From a virus: a stretch of 64,000 nucleotides of DNA. Location of the stretch: the IMG/VR virus record IMGVR_UViG_3300035204_001027, positions 31,512 through 95,511 of that record; one strand, given 5' to 3'. The position numbers were made by a program, and so were the translations under genes. Position 1 is the stretch's first letter. Each line of letters opens with the position of its first letter. Shown one piece after another: positions 8,137 through 15,674 of this stretch. The notes under the pieces are model-generated. The model had not been told where the DNA came from, ran no database searches, and saw nothing but the letters and a program-made list of their open reading frames with translations.

Positions 8137-8246
8137 CCGTTCTTTTTGACTCGGCTCGACCCCTGATTCGGCCCCCGGGGTGCCTGTGAATAACTTTTTT
8201 TAAAAAACCCCTTGACAAAGGGTCATTTCTGTGGTATATTATACTA

Positions 8247-8411
8247 ATGAAAACGATAAAAAGGTTCAACGACGAATTCAATCGCATGTTTAACGATGAG
8301 ATCTTCATGCCGATGATAAAAATTTCAGGTTTACTGATTTTCCTCGCCATTATTTTGGATTTTGGCTTTCAGATGATCGAAGCAATCGATATTTTAACGG
8401 TGGGACCGTAG
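8247..8411 (+). CDS. 54-aa TM protein
   Basis: Leaderless ATG at 8247. Hydrophobic segment ISGLLIFLAIILDFGF. Confidence 0.65.
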   Translation: MKTIKRFNDEFNRMFNDEIFMPMIKISGLLIFLAIILDFGFQMIEAIDILTVGP

Positions 8412-8440
8412 ATGTCTCACCCTATATGATAAACTATACT

Positions 8441-8566
8441 ATGTTTGAAGATCAATTAGACGAAAACGAAATTTTAATGCGGAATTTGCTTGACAAAGTC
8501 TGCGAAGGCGTAGAAGTTCCCTCGGATTCAGAAAGTGAAGAGGCGAACGAACTACAAAACGGATAA
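8441..8566 (+). CDS. 41-aa acidic peptide
   Basis: MFEDQLDENEILMRNLLDKVCEG... Short ORF only. Confidence 0.4.
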   Translation: MFEDQLDENEILMRNLLDKVCEGVEVPSDSESEEANELQNG

Positions 8567-8856
8567 ATCAAAAGATGAAAGAGGGAGATTTAAAAAAAAA
8601 TGTTATTAGCAGTAATTATTCTGGTTTATGTATTCGGCTCGATGACTCAACGACTTTAAATGATAAAAACGACATGACTAAATGAGTTAAAGTATTCAAG
8701 TGGGGGCGTAACCCCCCCCTATTTTTGAAAAAAAACGCTTAAGTTTTACGCTTTTGCGAAGGTGGGGGGGCTATTTATATCTGCCCGAGACTTGTCGAAA
8801 TACCTGTTTTTCATATATCTCTTGTAATATACTGATATAACTGTGTAATCACTTAT

Positions 8857-9087
8857 ATGGAACTTCTATTAGAAGGCTATCCAGTGATCGTCCATACAGA
8901 CAAAATGGGTAAGTGGCAAAATGATTTAGTCGAAATTGTAGACGCTGCTGAAGATCTATCCTCCTCGCACTATAAGTACATTATCAATTACCTTTACTCC
9001 GAGGGGTTCGTACTAGATAGAAGAGTAAATACTCATATCTTAGATAAAAACAACAACATCATTAAAACATATACAGGATTGGAATAA
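8857..9087 (+). CDS. Hypothetical protein
   Basis: ORF track. First gene after a GTGTAA motif. Confidence 0.7.
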   Translation: MELLLEGYPVIVHTDKMGKWQNDLVEIVDAAEDLSSSHYKYIINYLYSEGFVLDRRVNTHILDKNNNIIKTYTGLE

Positions 9088-9089
9088 AT

Positions 9090-9857
9090 ATGCCGAGAAG
9101 AAAGAAAAAAGATGAATTAGCGAAGGAAGAAGCGATAAAGGAAATAGAAGAAGCTTTAACACCTGAATGGTCGAATCCAAACCCGATCAAGAGTTTAATA
9201 AAACTTAAAAATTTTACTTGGACTAAAAAACAAAAAGACTTTTTTAGAATAGCTCTTCACCCAGATACTAAAATAATGTTTGTCAATGGGCCAGCTGGAA
9301 CTAGTAAAACTTTTCTATCCACATATTGCGGTTTACAATTACTCAATATGAAAGCGGTTTCAGATATAATGTACCTTAGATCTGCTGTGGAATCTTCCGA
9401 TAGGAGCTTGGGTTTTCTACCGGGATCGGCTGACGACAAATTAAAATTCTACAATTTGCCCTTCTTAGACAAATTAGATGAATTACTAGTAAATACGCGG
9501 CCAGAAAAACTTGAAGAACAAAAAAGAGTAAGTATGTTTCCTGTGAATTTCGCAAGAGGGATGAATTGGATATCAAAATGCATAATTCTCGATGAATCTC
9601 AAAACTGCACGGAGAAAGAAATCACAACCGTCTTAACTAGAATGGGTAAAGGTAGTAGAGCGTTCGTTTTAGCAGACCCCATGCAAACAGATATAAGAAC
9701 AGAAAGCAAGCAGGGGTCTTTTGAGAAAATGGTATCTACATTTAATGACCAAGAAAGTAGAGACAAGGGGATATATACCTTCACATTTGATGAAGATGAC
9801 ATTATGAGGTCAGAATTAATAAAATTTTTAATAAAAAGACTAAATTCTGTAAGATAA
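9090..9857 (+). CDS. phoH: PhoH-family ATPase
   Basis: GPAGTSKT, LGFLPG, FARG, ILDESQN, LTR-G and D--Q-D motifs. Confidence 0.93.
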   Translation: MPRRKKKDELAKEEAIKEIEEALTPEWSNPNPIKSLIKLKNFTWTKKQKDFFRIALHPDTKIMFVNGPAGTSKTFLSTYCGLQLLNMKAVSDIMYLRSAVESSDRSLGFLPGSADDKLKFYNLPFLDKLDELLVNTRPEKLEEQKRVSMFPVNFARGMNWISKCIILDESQNCTEKEITTVLTRMGKGSRAFVLADPMQTDIRTESKQGSFEKMVSTFNDQESRDKGIYTFTFDEDDIMRSELIKFLIKRLNSVR

Positions 9858-9876
9858 TAAGGAGAAGTAATACAAA

Positions 9877-10623
9877 ATGAGTGAAGAAAAAAAATCGAAA
9901 GCAGAGCTAGCCGCTGAAATTGCCGCAAAAGAAGCCGAAACTCGGAAATCTTTAGCAGAAGCAGCAAAAATCGAAGCGGAGACCGAAAAAGTAAAAGCAG
10001 AAGCTGGGAAAGCGCAACTTGAGTATCACGCCGAGCACCGAAAAAGAGAAAAAGAAATGGCAACGGACGAAGAAAATCATTTATACAGGTTTTCTAAAGA
10101 TGTAAATCATAATTCCGTTACAGCTTGCATGAGCAAATTGACACAATGGCATAGGCAAGATCCTAAATGCGAAATAGAAATCGTTTTCTCTTCTCCCGGG
10201 GGGAGTATTATCGATGGATTTGAATTATTTGACTTCATTCAAGAGCTTAGGGTCTCTCATAGAGTAACGACGGGCTCTTTAGGCATGGCTGCTTCTATGG
10301 CGGGTATTTTGCTCCAAGCTGGAACCCATAGGTGGATTGGTCACCAAGCATGGTTAATGATCCACAGAGCGGCATTTGGGGCCATTGGGAAGACGTTTGA
10401 AGTAGAAGACGAAGTTAAATTAGTAAAAAGAATTGAACAAAGAATTGTAGATATCTTCACATCGAGATCAAAATTAACAAATCAAAAAATTAAAAGAAAT
10501 TGGGATCGTAAAGATTGGTGGATTGATGCAGATGAATGTTTGGATCTTGGACTCGTCGACGAAGTAAGGGCTATGATGCCAGAACACCACTTAAGCAGTA
10601 AAAAGAAAAAAAGAAAAAAATAA
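9877..10623 (+). CDS. clpP: ClpP-family serine protease with N-terminal coiled coil
   Basis: SPGG---G, AASMA (Ser), MIH (His) and DWWIDADE (Asp). Confidence 0.88.
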   Translation: MSEEKKSKAELAAEIAAKEAETRKSLAEAAKIEAETEKVKAEAGKAQLEYHAEHRKREKEMATDEENHLYRFSKDVNHNSVTACMSKLTQWHRQDPKCEIEIVFSSPGGSIIDGFELFDFIQELRVSHRVTTGSLGMAASMAGILLQAGTHRWIGHQAWLMIHRAAFGAIGKTFEVEDEVKLVKRIEQRIVDIFTSRSKLTNQKIKRNWDRKDWWIDADECLDLGLVDEVRAMMPEHHLSSKKKKRKK

Positions 10624-11036
10624 TGAGTGAGACACATCCGGAAGCATCCCAATATCAAGAATATATGAAAACTTTTCATGAATCAGACAGACTTGCTCCC
10701 GAAGGGGAGCAAAAAATAGCATTAGTAGATATAGATGAGACTATTTGTTTCTATTCTGGCAAGCGTAGATATGATCTAGCTGAACCTCATGAAGGTAACG
10801 TGGCTAAAATTAACAAAATGTACGATGAAGGCTGGAAAATAATTTATTGGACTGCAAGAGGCGGCTCTAAAAGTTCAAAAGAAGCGGGTAGATGTTATTA
10901 TGATTTTACTTGGAAGCAATTAGAATCTTGGGGATGCAAATTCCATGAATTATCTACAGGTACTAAGGGGGATTATATTAAGCCTCCTTATGATTTAGTA
11001 ATAGATGATAAATCTAAAAGAATAGAAGAACTTTAA
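10623..11036 (+). CDS. HAD-superfamily phosphatase
   Basis: DIDET, WTAR, KP and IDDK motifs. Confidence 0.85.
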   Translation: MSETHPEASQYQEYMKTFHESDRLAPEGEQKIALVDIDETICFYSGKRRYDLAEPHEGNVAKINKMYDEGWKIIYWTARGGSKSSKEAGRCYYDFTWKQLESWGCKFHELSTGTKGDYIKPPYDLVIDDKSKRIEEL

Positions 11037-11065
11037 AAAGTGTAACATACAGAGGAAAGGAAATT

Positions 11066-11215
11066 ATGAAAAAAATTATTGCATTATTTTCGTGCATTTT
11101 TGTAATCGGCTGCAACTGGGGAAATTCCGGATGTTCGGACTGTTCCTGCGATGCAGGCTGCTGTTCATCCGACAGTTGCTCAGTTGCCGATTGCAATTGT
11201 GTATGTAAAAAGTAA
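11066..11215 (+). CDS. 49-aa Cys-rich lipoprotein, metallothionein-like
   Basis: MKKIIALFSCIFVIGC signal/lipobox, then 9 Cys in 33 aa. GAGGAAAGGA lies upstream. Not in the ORF track. Confidence 0.7.
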   Translation: MKKIIALFSCIFVIGCNWGNSGCSDCSCDAGCCSSDSCSVADCNCVCKK

Positions 11216-11230
11216 CAGAAGCTCGAAGCC

Positions 11231-11539
11231 GTGTGTGAACTTTGCGAGCTAAAAACTATAGAAGAAGAATTCTATAGGGATGACGACTTTGTGATTATAA
11301 GTTGTATGAATTGTCATGTTCCTATGGTGGTACCTTTTGAGCATATTGATCCAAAAGAGGGAGGATCTCCATATTTACGTGAAAAAATGGAAAATATGTT
11401 AATAAAAATTGCTGTAAGATTCTTTAAAGAGAAGGAATTCTTCATAGACAAAGAAGAAAAAACTATATTCGATCATATGCATTGGCACGCTAGAGAGAAA
11501 GGGAAAGATTATGGGAACTTGGAGCTCGGGAATAGGTAA
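11231..11539 (+). CDS. HIT-like protein
   Basis: N-terminal CxxC and a HMHWH histidine triad. Confidence 0.65.
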   Translation: MCELCELKTIEEEFYRDDDFVIISCMNCHVPMVVPFEHIDPKEGGSPYLREKMENMLIKIAVRFFKEKEFFIDKEEKTIFDHMHWHAREKGKDYGNLELGNR

Positions 11540-11753
11540 ATTCGTCAAAAAAGATCCAAATCATGGATGTTTATGGAAAAAGATCAAAAATTGGTGGTGT
11601 TCGGCGGGATTATGTAATTTAAATAAGTGCAAAAGAAAGATACATAAGAAAGCAAACATACCTAATAATTGTAAGAATCCTAAATGTGTTTGTAAGGGGG
11701 ATGATGATGATGCTATAAGACAATTTGAAAAAAGATTTTTAGATAAGTCTTAA
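11511..11753 (+). CDS. Small Cys/Lys-rich hypothetical protein
   Basis: ORF track. Confidence 0.55.
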   Translation: MGTWSSGIGKFVKKDPNHGCLWKKIKNWWCSAGLCNLNKCKRKIHKKANIPNNCKNPKCVCKGDDDDAIRQFEKRFLDKS

Positions 11754-11944
11754 TTTTTAATTTTTTGTATATCGTTGTACGCTTTATGCGCGGTTTGGTT
11801 AATAGCTACAGCCAATTCCCATTCGTGGTCTTTTCCGTAATCCATCTGACGGTGTGCTATAAATTTTAAAGATAGATCTCCTATATTCTTAAGCTTTTTT
11901 TCTAGTTCTTCTAGCTGATTTTTTAGCTCTTGTTTTGCTTTCAT
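11750..11944 (-). CDS. Hypothetical coiled-coil protein
   Basis: ORF track. AGGAG lies upstream on the minus strand. Confidence 0.65.
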   Translation of the reverse strand: MKAKQELKNQLEELEKKLKNIGDLSLKFIAHRQMDYGKDHEWELAVAINQTAHKAYNDIQKIKN

Positions 11945-12317
11945 TTTTATCTCCTTTAGGTTTCTCTAATAGCCCCGACTTGTGAGCATCTCCTTGTTTG
12001 TACTTTCTTCTTTCTAGTTTGCGCCATTTACAATAGCTATATAAAAATCTACTGAGAGTATCTCCAAATTTTTTAATTTGGGCCTCTGAGGCGTTCCAGA
12101 AAAAAGCGTGAGCAACTTCGTGTATTGACGTATTTAATTCTGATTGCTTCGTGAGATATGGGTTTATATATATTTTGGGGCTTTCTGATTCTGGATCTTG
12201 ACATGTACCATCCGCTTCTCCATAATGATGGGAATTGGGTTTCTTAAAGATAATTTCGTATTCTCGGCCTTCAAAATTTTTAAAGGTGAACTTACGTCTT
12301 TTCTTTCGTCTCGCCAT
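11889..12317 (-). CDS. HExxH zincin-like metallopeptidase
   Basis: G-C...I-IN...IHEVAHA motif. Confidence 0.7.
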   Translation of the reverse strand: MARRKKRRKFTFKNFEGREYEIIFKKPNSHHYGEADGTCQDPESESPKIYINPYLTKQSELNTSIHEVAHAFFWNASEAQIKKFGDTLSRFLYSYCKWRKLERRKYKQGDAHKSGLLEKPKGDKNESKTRAKKSARRTRKKA

Positions 12318-12547
12318 TTTTTAAAAAAGTATCATTGTTAATGCATATAGTGAGTGGGTCCGTTCCCAACCCCTAAAGTCAGATAGGCCCATCCTTTGCC
12401 ACTAATTGACTATTATATAATCCTTTCGTAACCCTTTCAGCTTTGGCCTCCGGGACGCGATCTGTCTATTCTATTTTACACTGTTGTCTTTAAATATAAG
12501 TATAATTTTATTTTTATTTTGACAAGAATAAGCAGTATAATTAGTGT

Positions 12548-12976
12548 ATGAGAGTTTATTGCCAAAAATGCGGCCAGCCAACCGAGTATTCTATACAAGG
12601 TGGAAAACCGAAGTTTTGTTCTCACTGCGGGCAATCATATGGAGTCTCAGAATATCATCTAGATGCCACTAAAGGGAGCAAATCTGCTTCTAAGAGTGCC
12701 CCTGAAGAACATAAGCCTATTATACAGCTGGAGGAGGAATTTCCTGATGATGCTGTGTATGTTCCTGATATTTCTAAATTACAAATAGATATCGACACCA
12801 CTCACGAACGACCCCCTCAAATGACGATAGGTGATTTGGCTGGTTCGAAGATTGATGGCGTTAAAGATGAACCCAGACTAGGGACCCCAGAAAGCAATAT
12901 GAGCAGCGAAGAATTTTTGCAAAGCTTCCAAAAAGAAGCTGGTTCATTGAGGCCGAAGGGATCTGATAATGGCTAA
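12548..12976 (+). CDS. Zinc-ribbon protein
   Basis: YCQKCG...KPKFCSHCG followed by an acidic tail. Confidence 0.75.
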   Translation: MRVYCQKCGQPTEYSIQGGKPKFCSHCGQSYGVSEYHLDATKGSKSASKSAPEEHKPIIQLEEEFPDDAVYVPDISKLQIDIDTTHERPPQMTIGDLAGSKIDGVKDEPRLGTPESNMSSEEFLQSFQKEAGSLRPKGSDNG

Positions 12977-13658
12977 AAAGAAAGCGCCGAAATACGAAGA
13001 GTACAGCGCTGTTATCGATACTGAGATAGCGAAGCGTCGAAGTAAGTGGAATCTCACTGCGTTAGCGTGGATGGACTTTGATGATGTTTCTCAGATCATT
13101 CGAATACATATCCATAAGAAATGGACGTTATACGATTCTTCCAAGCCTATTCTCCCGTGGATCAATCGTATAATCTCCAATCAATTAAAAAATTTAATTA
13201 GAAATCATTACGGTAACTTTTCTAGGCCATGCTTAAAATGTGCAGCGGCCGAGGCAGAAGATTTATGTAATATATACGTTAAACAATGTTCTACATGTCC
13301 ACTTTACGCCCATTGGGAAAAATTTAAGAAACGTGCGCACGACACCAAACTAGCTTTACCTTTAGAAAATCACGTGAAAGAAGTATCGAGCCAATTCGAA
13401 GATTCAATAGATATTGAGATGACTGCGGAATACATGCATAAACAGATGGAGAAAATTTTGAAGCCTACAGAATGGAAAATATATGAGGCCTTGTACATTA
13501 AGGGTATAGATGAAAAAAAATTATCAGAGACAATGGGATATTCTAGTTCTGAAAAAAATAGGGGTCCCGGATATAAGCATATAAAAAATATTAAAAAAAC
13601 TATCATTACAAAAGTCAAAAAGATGTTGGCTAGTGGCGAGATAGACATTTATGGTTAA
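12969..13658 (+). CDS. Phage RNA polymerase sigma factor (sigma70 regions 2 and 4) with Cys-rich insert
   Basis: DFDDVSQ...YD...W...I-N---N--R (region 2) and a C-terminal HTH-like region 4. Confidence 0.72.
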   Translation: MAKKKAPKYEEYSAVIDTEIAKRRSKWNLTALAWMDFDDVSQIIRIHIHKKWTLYDSSKPILPWINRIISNQLKNLIRNHYGNFSRPCLKCAAAEAEDLCNIYVKQCSTCPLYAHWEKFKKRAHDTKLALPLENHVKEVSSQFEDSIDIEMTAEYMHKQMEKILKPTEWKIYEALYIKGIDEKKLSETMGYSSSEKNRGPGYKHIKNIKKTIITKVKKMLASGEIDIYG

Positions 13659-14733
13659 TCATATGAAATTATCAGACGAACAATGTGAAAAAATTCTGAA
13701 TGCGTGGAATAAAAACCCACAGGACCCACCAGCTTTATTAAAGTTGATTAGGCTTGCTTTTCCTGATAAAGATGTTGACGGAAGAAGTAAGGAGGGGAGA
13801 GCAGTTAAGGAATTCTTAGCTTTAAACGACCTTAAGGCGCGTGCCGCGCACGAATATAAGCCTAAAGAAAAAATTGAGTTAACCGAGGAACAAAAAGAAT
13901 TTGTAAAAAACAATGTCTCAATGATGAATTGCGTAGAAATGGCTAGAGTGGTTTTTAAAAATGAAGAACTCGGTAATCTACATCAAGAAACCAGAACAGT
14001 TAATGAATACGCTGATACATTAGGTGGTGTGGAAATTCGATCTTCTCGAGAAGAGAGTGGCGTAGAAGAGTTCAAGCCGATTAGAACTTTTTACGCTATG
14101 TTGAATAAAATTAATAAATATGTCTATGAGGGTATAGATAAAGAGAAAATTACCAATCAACAGAAACGAGAAATAGAAGCTACTATAAAATATGTAAATA
14201 CTTATAGGTTTGGTCACCAGATGAATAGATACAATAATGTTACTGATAGAGATTTATTTGAAAGTAGTTTTGTTAGATATACGTATAATAAAGCTGATTT
14301 AACACAAGAGGAAGTTGACCAATTTATTGTTCTCTCTGCGGAGGTAGTTATAGCCTCAAACATTCAGGCTAGAGTAGCTCATCTTTCTAGACTATTAGAC
14401 GATGTTGCTGAAGATACGGAGGGCCGAAGAATTTCCATGGCTCTAGTAGATGCTATAAATACTGCTCAAACAGAATATAATCAATCAGTTGCTCGTCAAC
14501 AAAAATTACTGAGTGATTTAAAAGAAAAACGCAGCGATAGGCTCAAAAACCAAATAAGAGATAATGCCAGTATCTTAAATTTAGTTGAAATGTGGAAAAA
14601 TGAAGAATCTAGGCAGAAGATGATAAAACTCGCCCAACTGCGAAAAAAATCATTAAAAGAAGAAAAAGATAATCTAGAAAATATGGACGAAATGAAAGCT
14701 CGGATCATGGGATTATCGGAGGACGAAATATGA
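13651..14733 (+). CDS. Hypothetical helical protein upstream of terminase (possible small-terminase role)
   Basis: ORF track. Coiled-coil C-terminus. The role is inferred from position only. Confidence 0.5.
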   Translation: MVNHMKLSDEQCEKILNAWNKNPQDPPALLKLIRLAFPDKDVDGRSKEGRAVKEFLALNDLKARAAHEYKPKEKIELTEEQKEFVKNNVSMMNCVEMARVVFKNEELGNLHQETRTVNEYADTLGGVEIRSSREESGVEEFKPIRTFYAMLNKINKYVYEGIDKEKITNQQKREIEATIKYVNTYRFGHQMNRYNNVTDRDLFESSFVRYTYNKADLTQEEVDQFIVLSAEVVIASNIQARVAHLSRLLDDVAEDTEGRRISMALVDAINTAQTEYNQSVARQQKLLSDLKEKRSDRLKNQIRDNASILNLVEMWKNEESRQKMIKLAQLRKKSLKEEKDNLENMDEMKARIMGLSEDEI

Positions 14734-15674
14734 GTAAGCCAGCAAAATGCAAAGCGTGCGAAAAAGAGTTTGAATCGGAGGGCTCTTTACATAAACATCT
14801 TAAAGTCCACAAGCTAAGAATGGCTGCGTATTATCAGGAATATTACCCACGTCATGATAAGTATGATGGTAAAATAATTAAATTCAAGTCTAAACGTTAT
14901 TATTTTGAAACAGATTTTAACTCTAGACGAAATTTAAAACTATGGCTAACCAAGCAACCAGAAGATATAGCTAAGGCTTATTGTAAGGACAAACTGTTAG
15001 AACGTATCGAGTTAAAGAATATTGAGTATACCCCTACAGAAGTAGAGTTAAGGAGCCTAATGTCTCCCCCTATTACTTACCTGCATAAATTGTTTGGTAA
15101 TTACTATAATTTTTGTGAAAAGGAACTAGGGCTTAAAAATAAGTATAAAATTTTCCCCAAACATATATATTCGGAAGAGCCCTTAGGTAAAGGAGAGAAG
15201 ATATTTGTAGATACCAGAGAGCAAAAACCATTAAGGTTCGATTTACCCATAGAAGTTAAAACTTTAAATTTTGGAGATTATGCATTTAGCAATGAGGAGA
15301 ACTCTTGTAATACTTATATAGAGAGAAAATCTATAGGCGACTTCGTAGGAACGTTGAGTGGGGGATACGAAAGATTTGAAAAAGAAATTATAAGATCTGT
15401 AGAAAATAAGGCTTATTTAATAATTCTAGTAGAAGATGGTTTAGATAATTGTAAATCTTTCAATTACTTACCTCACGTATCTAAAAAAATCCGTGCCACT
15501 CCTGAATTTGTATTTCATAACGTTAGATCCCTCATTCAAAAATATCCAACTATACAGTTTCTATTCGTTAACGGTAGGAAAGAGGCTACTAGAGTAGTAC
15601 AGCGTATTTTTACATGTAAATGTTTTCATCAAAAAATAGACCTTCAATTAGCATATGATGCTAAAATATTATAA
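14730..15674 (+). CDS. C2H2 zinc finger + ERCC4/XPF-type nuclease
   Basis: CxxC-x12-HxxxH, plus VDTREQ, GDY and IERKS motifs. Confidence 0.82.
   Translation: MSKPAKCKACEKEFESEGSLHKHLKVHKLRMAAYYQEYYPRHDKYDGKIIKFKSKRYYFETDFNSRRNLKLWLTKQPEDIAKAYCKDKLLERIELKNIEYTPTEVELRSLMSPPITYLHKLFGNYYNFCEKELGLKNKYKIFPKHIYSEEPLGKGEKIFVDTREQKPLRFDLPIEVKTLNFGDYAFSNEENSCNTYIERKSIGDFVGTLSGGYERFEKEIIRSVENKAYLIILVEDGLDNCKSFNYLPHVSKKIRATPEFVFHNVRSLIQKYPTIQFLFVNGRKEATRVVQRIFTCKCFHQKIDLQLAYDAKIL

Larger units (their letters stand above)
706..8180. repeat. Dispersed GC-rich palindrome (consensus ~TCAGGGCCCGGGCCCTGA), 12 copies upstream of early promoters
   Basis: CCCGGG cores start at 710, 2538, 3952, 4394, 4805 (CCCGGC), 5386, 5715, 6085, 7367, 7673, 7953 and 8174. 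The copy at 4388-4405 is a perfect 18-bp palindrome. Confidence 0.9.
706..8240 (+). promoter_or_regulatory. Array of 17 sigma70-type early promoters, mostly leaderless
   Basis: The -35 TTGAC(A/T) hexamers start at 749, 910, 1582, 2576, 2893, 3190, 3983, 4415, 4835, 5416, 5757, 6132, 6389, 7398, 7694, 8004 and 8212. The spacer is 17 nt (18 at 3190) and ends in TGN (extended -10). The -10 is TATATT/TACATT/TATACT/TATTAT, A-tracts lie upstream, and ATG usually follows 5-9 nt after the -10. Confidence 0.93.

Noticed and set aside
706-8240. CRISPR array or integron attC array interpretation of the early repeats
   Set aside because: The repeats are degenerate and separated by whole genes of variable length. 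There are no constant spacers, no RYYYAAC/GTTRRRY ends, and no cas or integrase gene in the window.
8490-8520. Eighteenth early promoter at TTGACA 8490
   Set aside because: There is no -10 at 16-18 nt, and it lies within a small ORF.
9090-9857. PhoH pseudogene or inactive enzyme because Walker A reads GTSKT
   Set aside because: The frame is intact and all other motifs are conserved. A single Gly-to-Ser change is not enough evidence.
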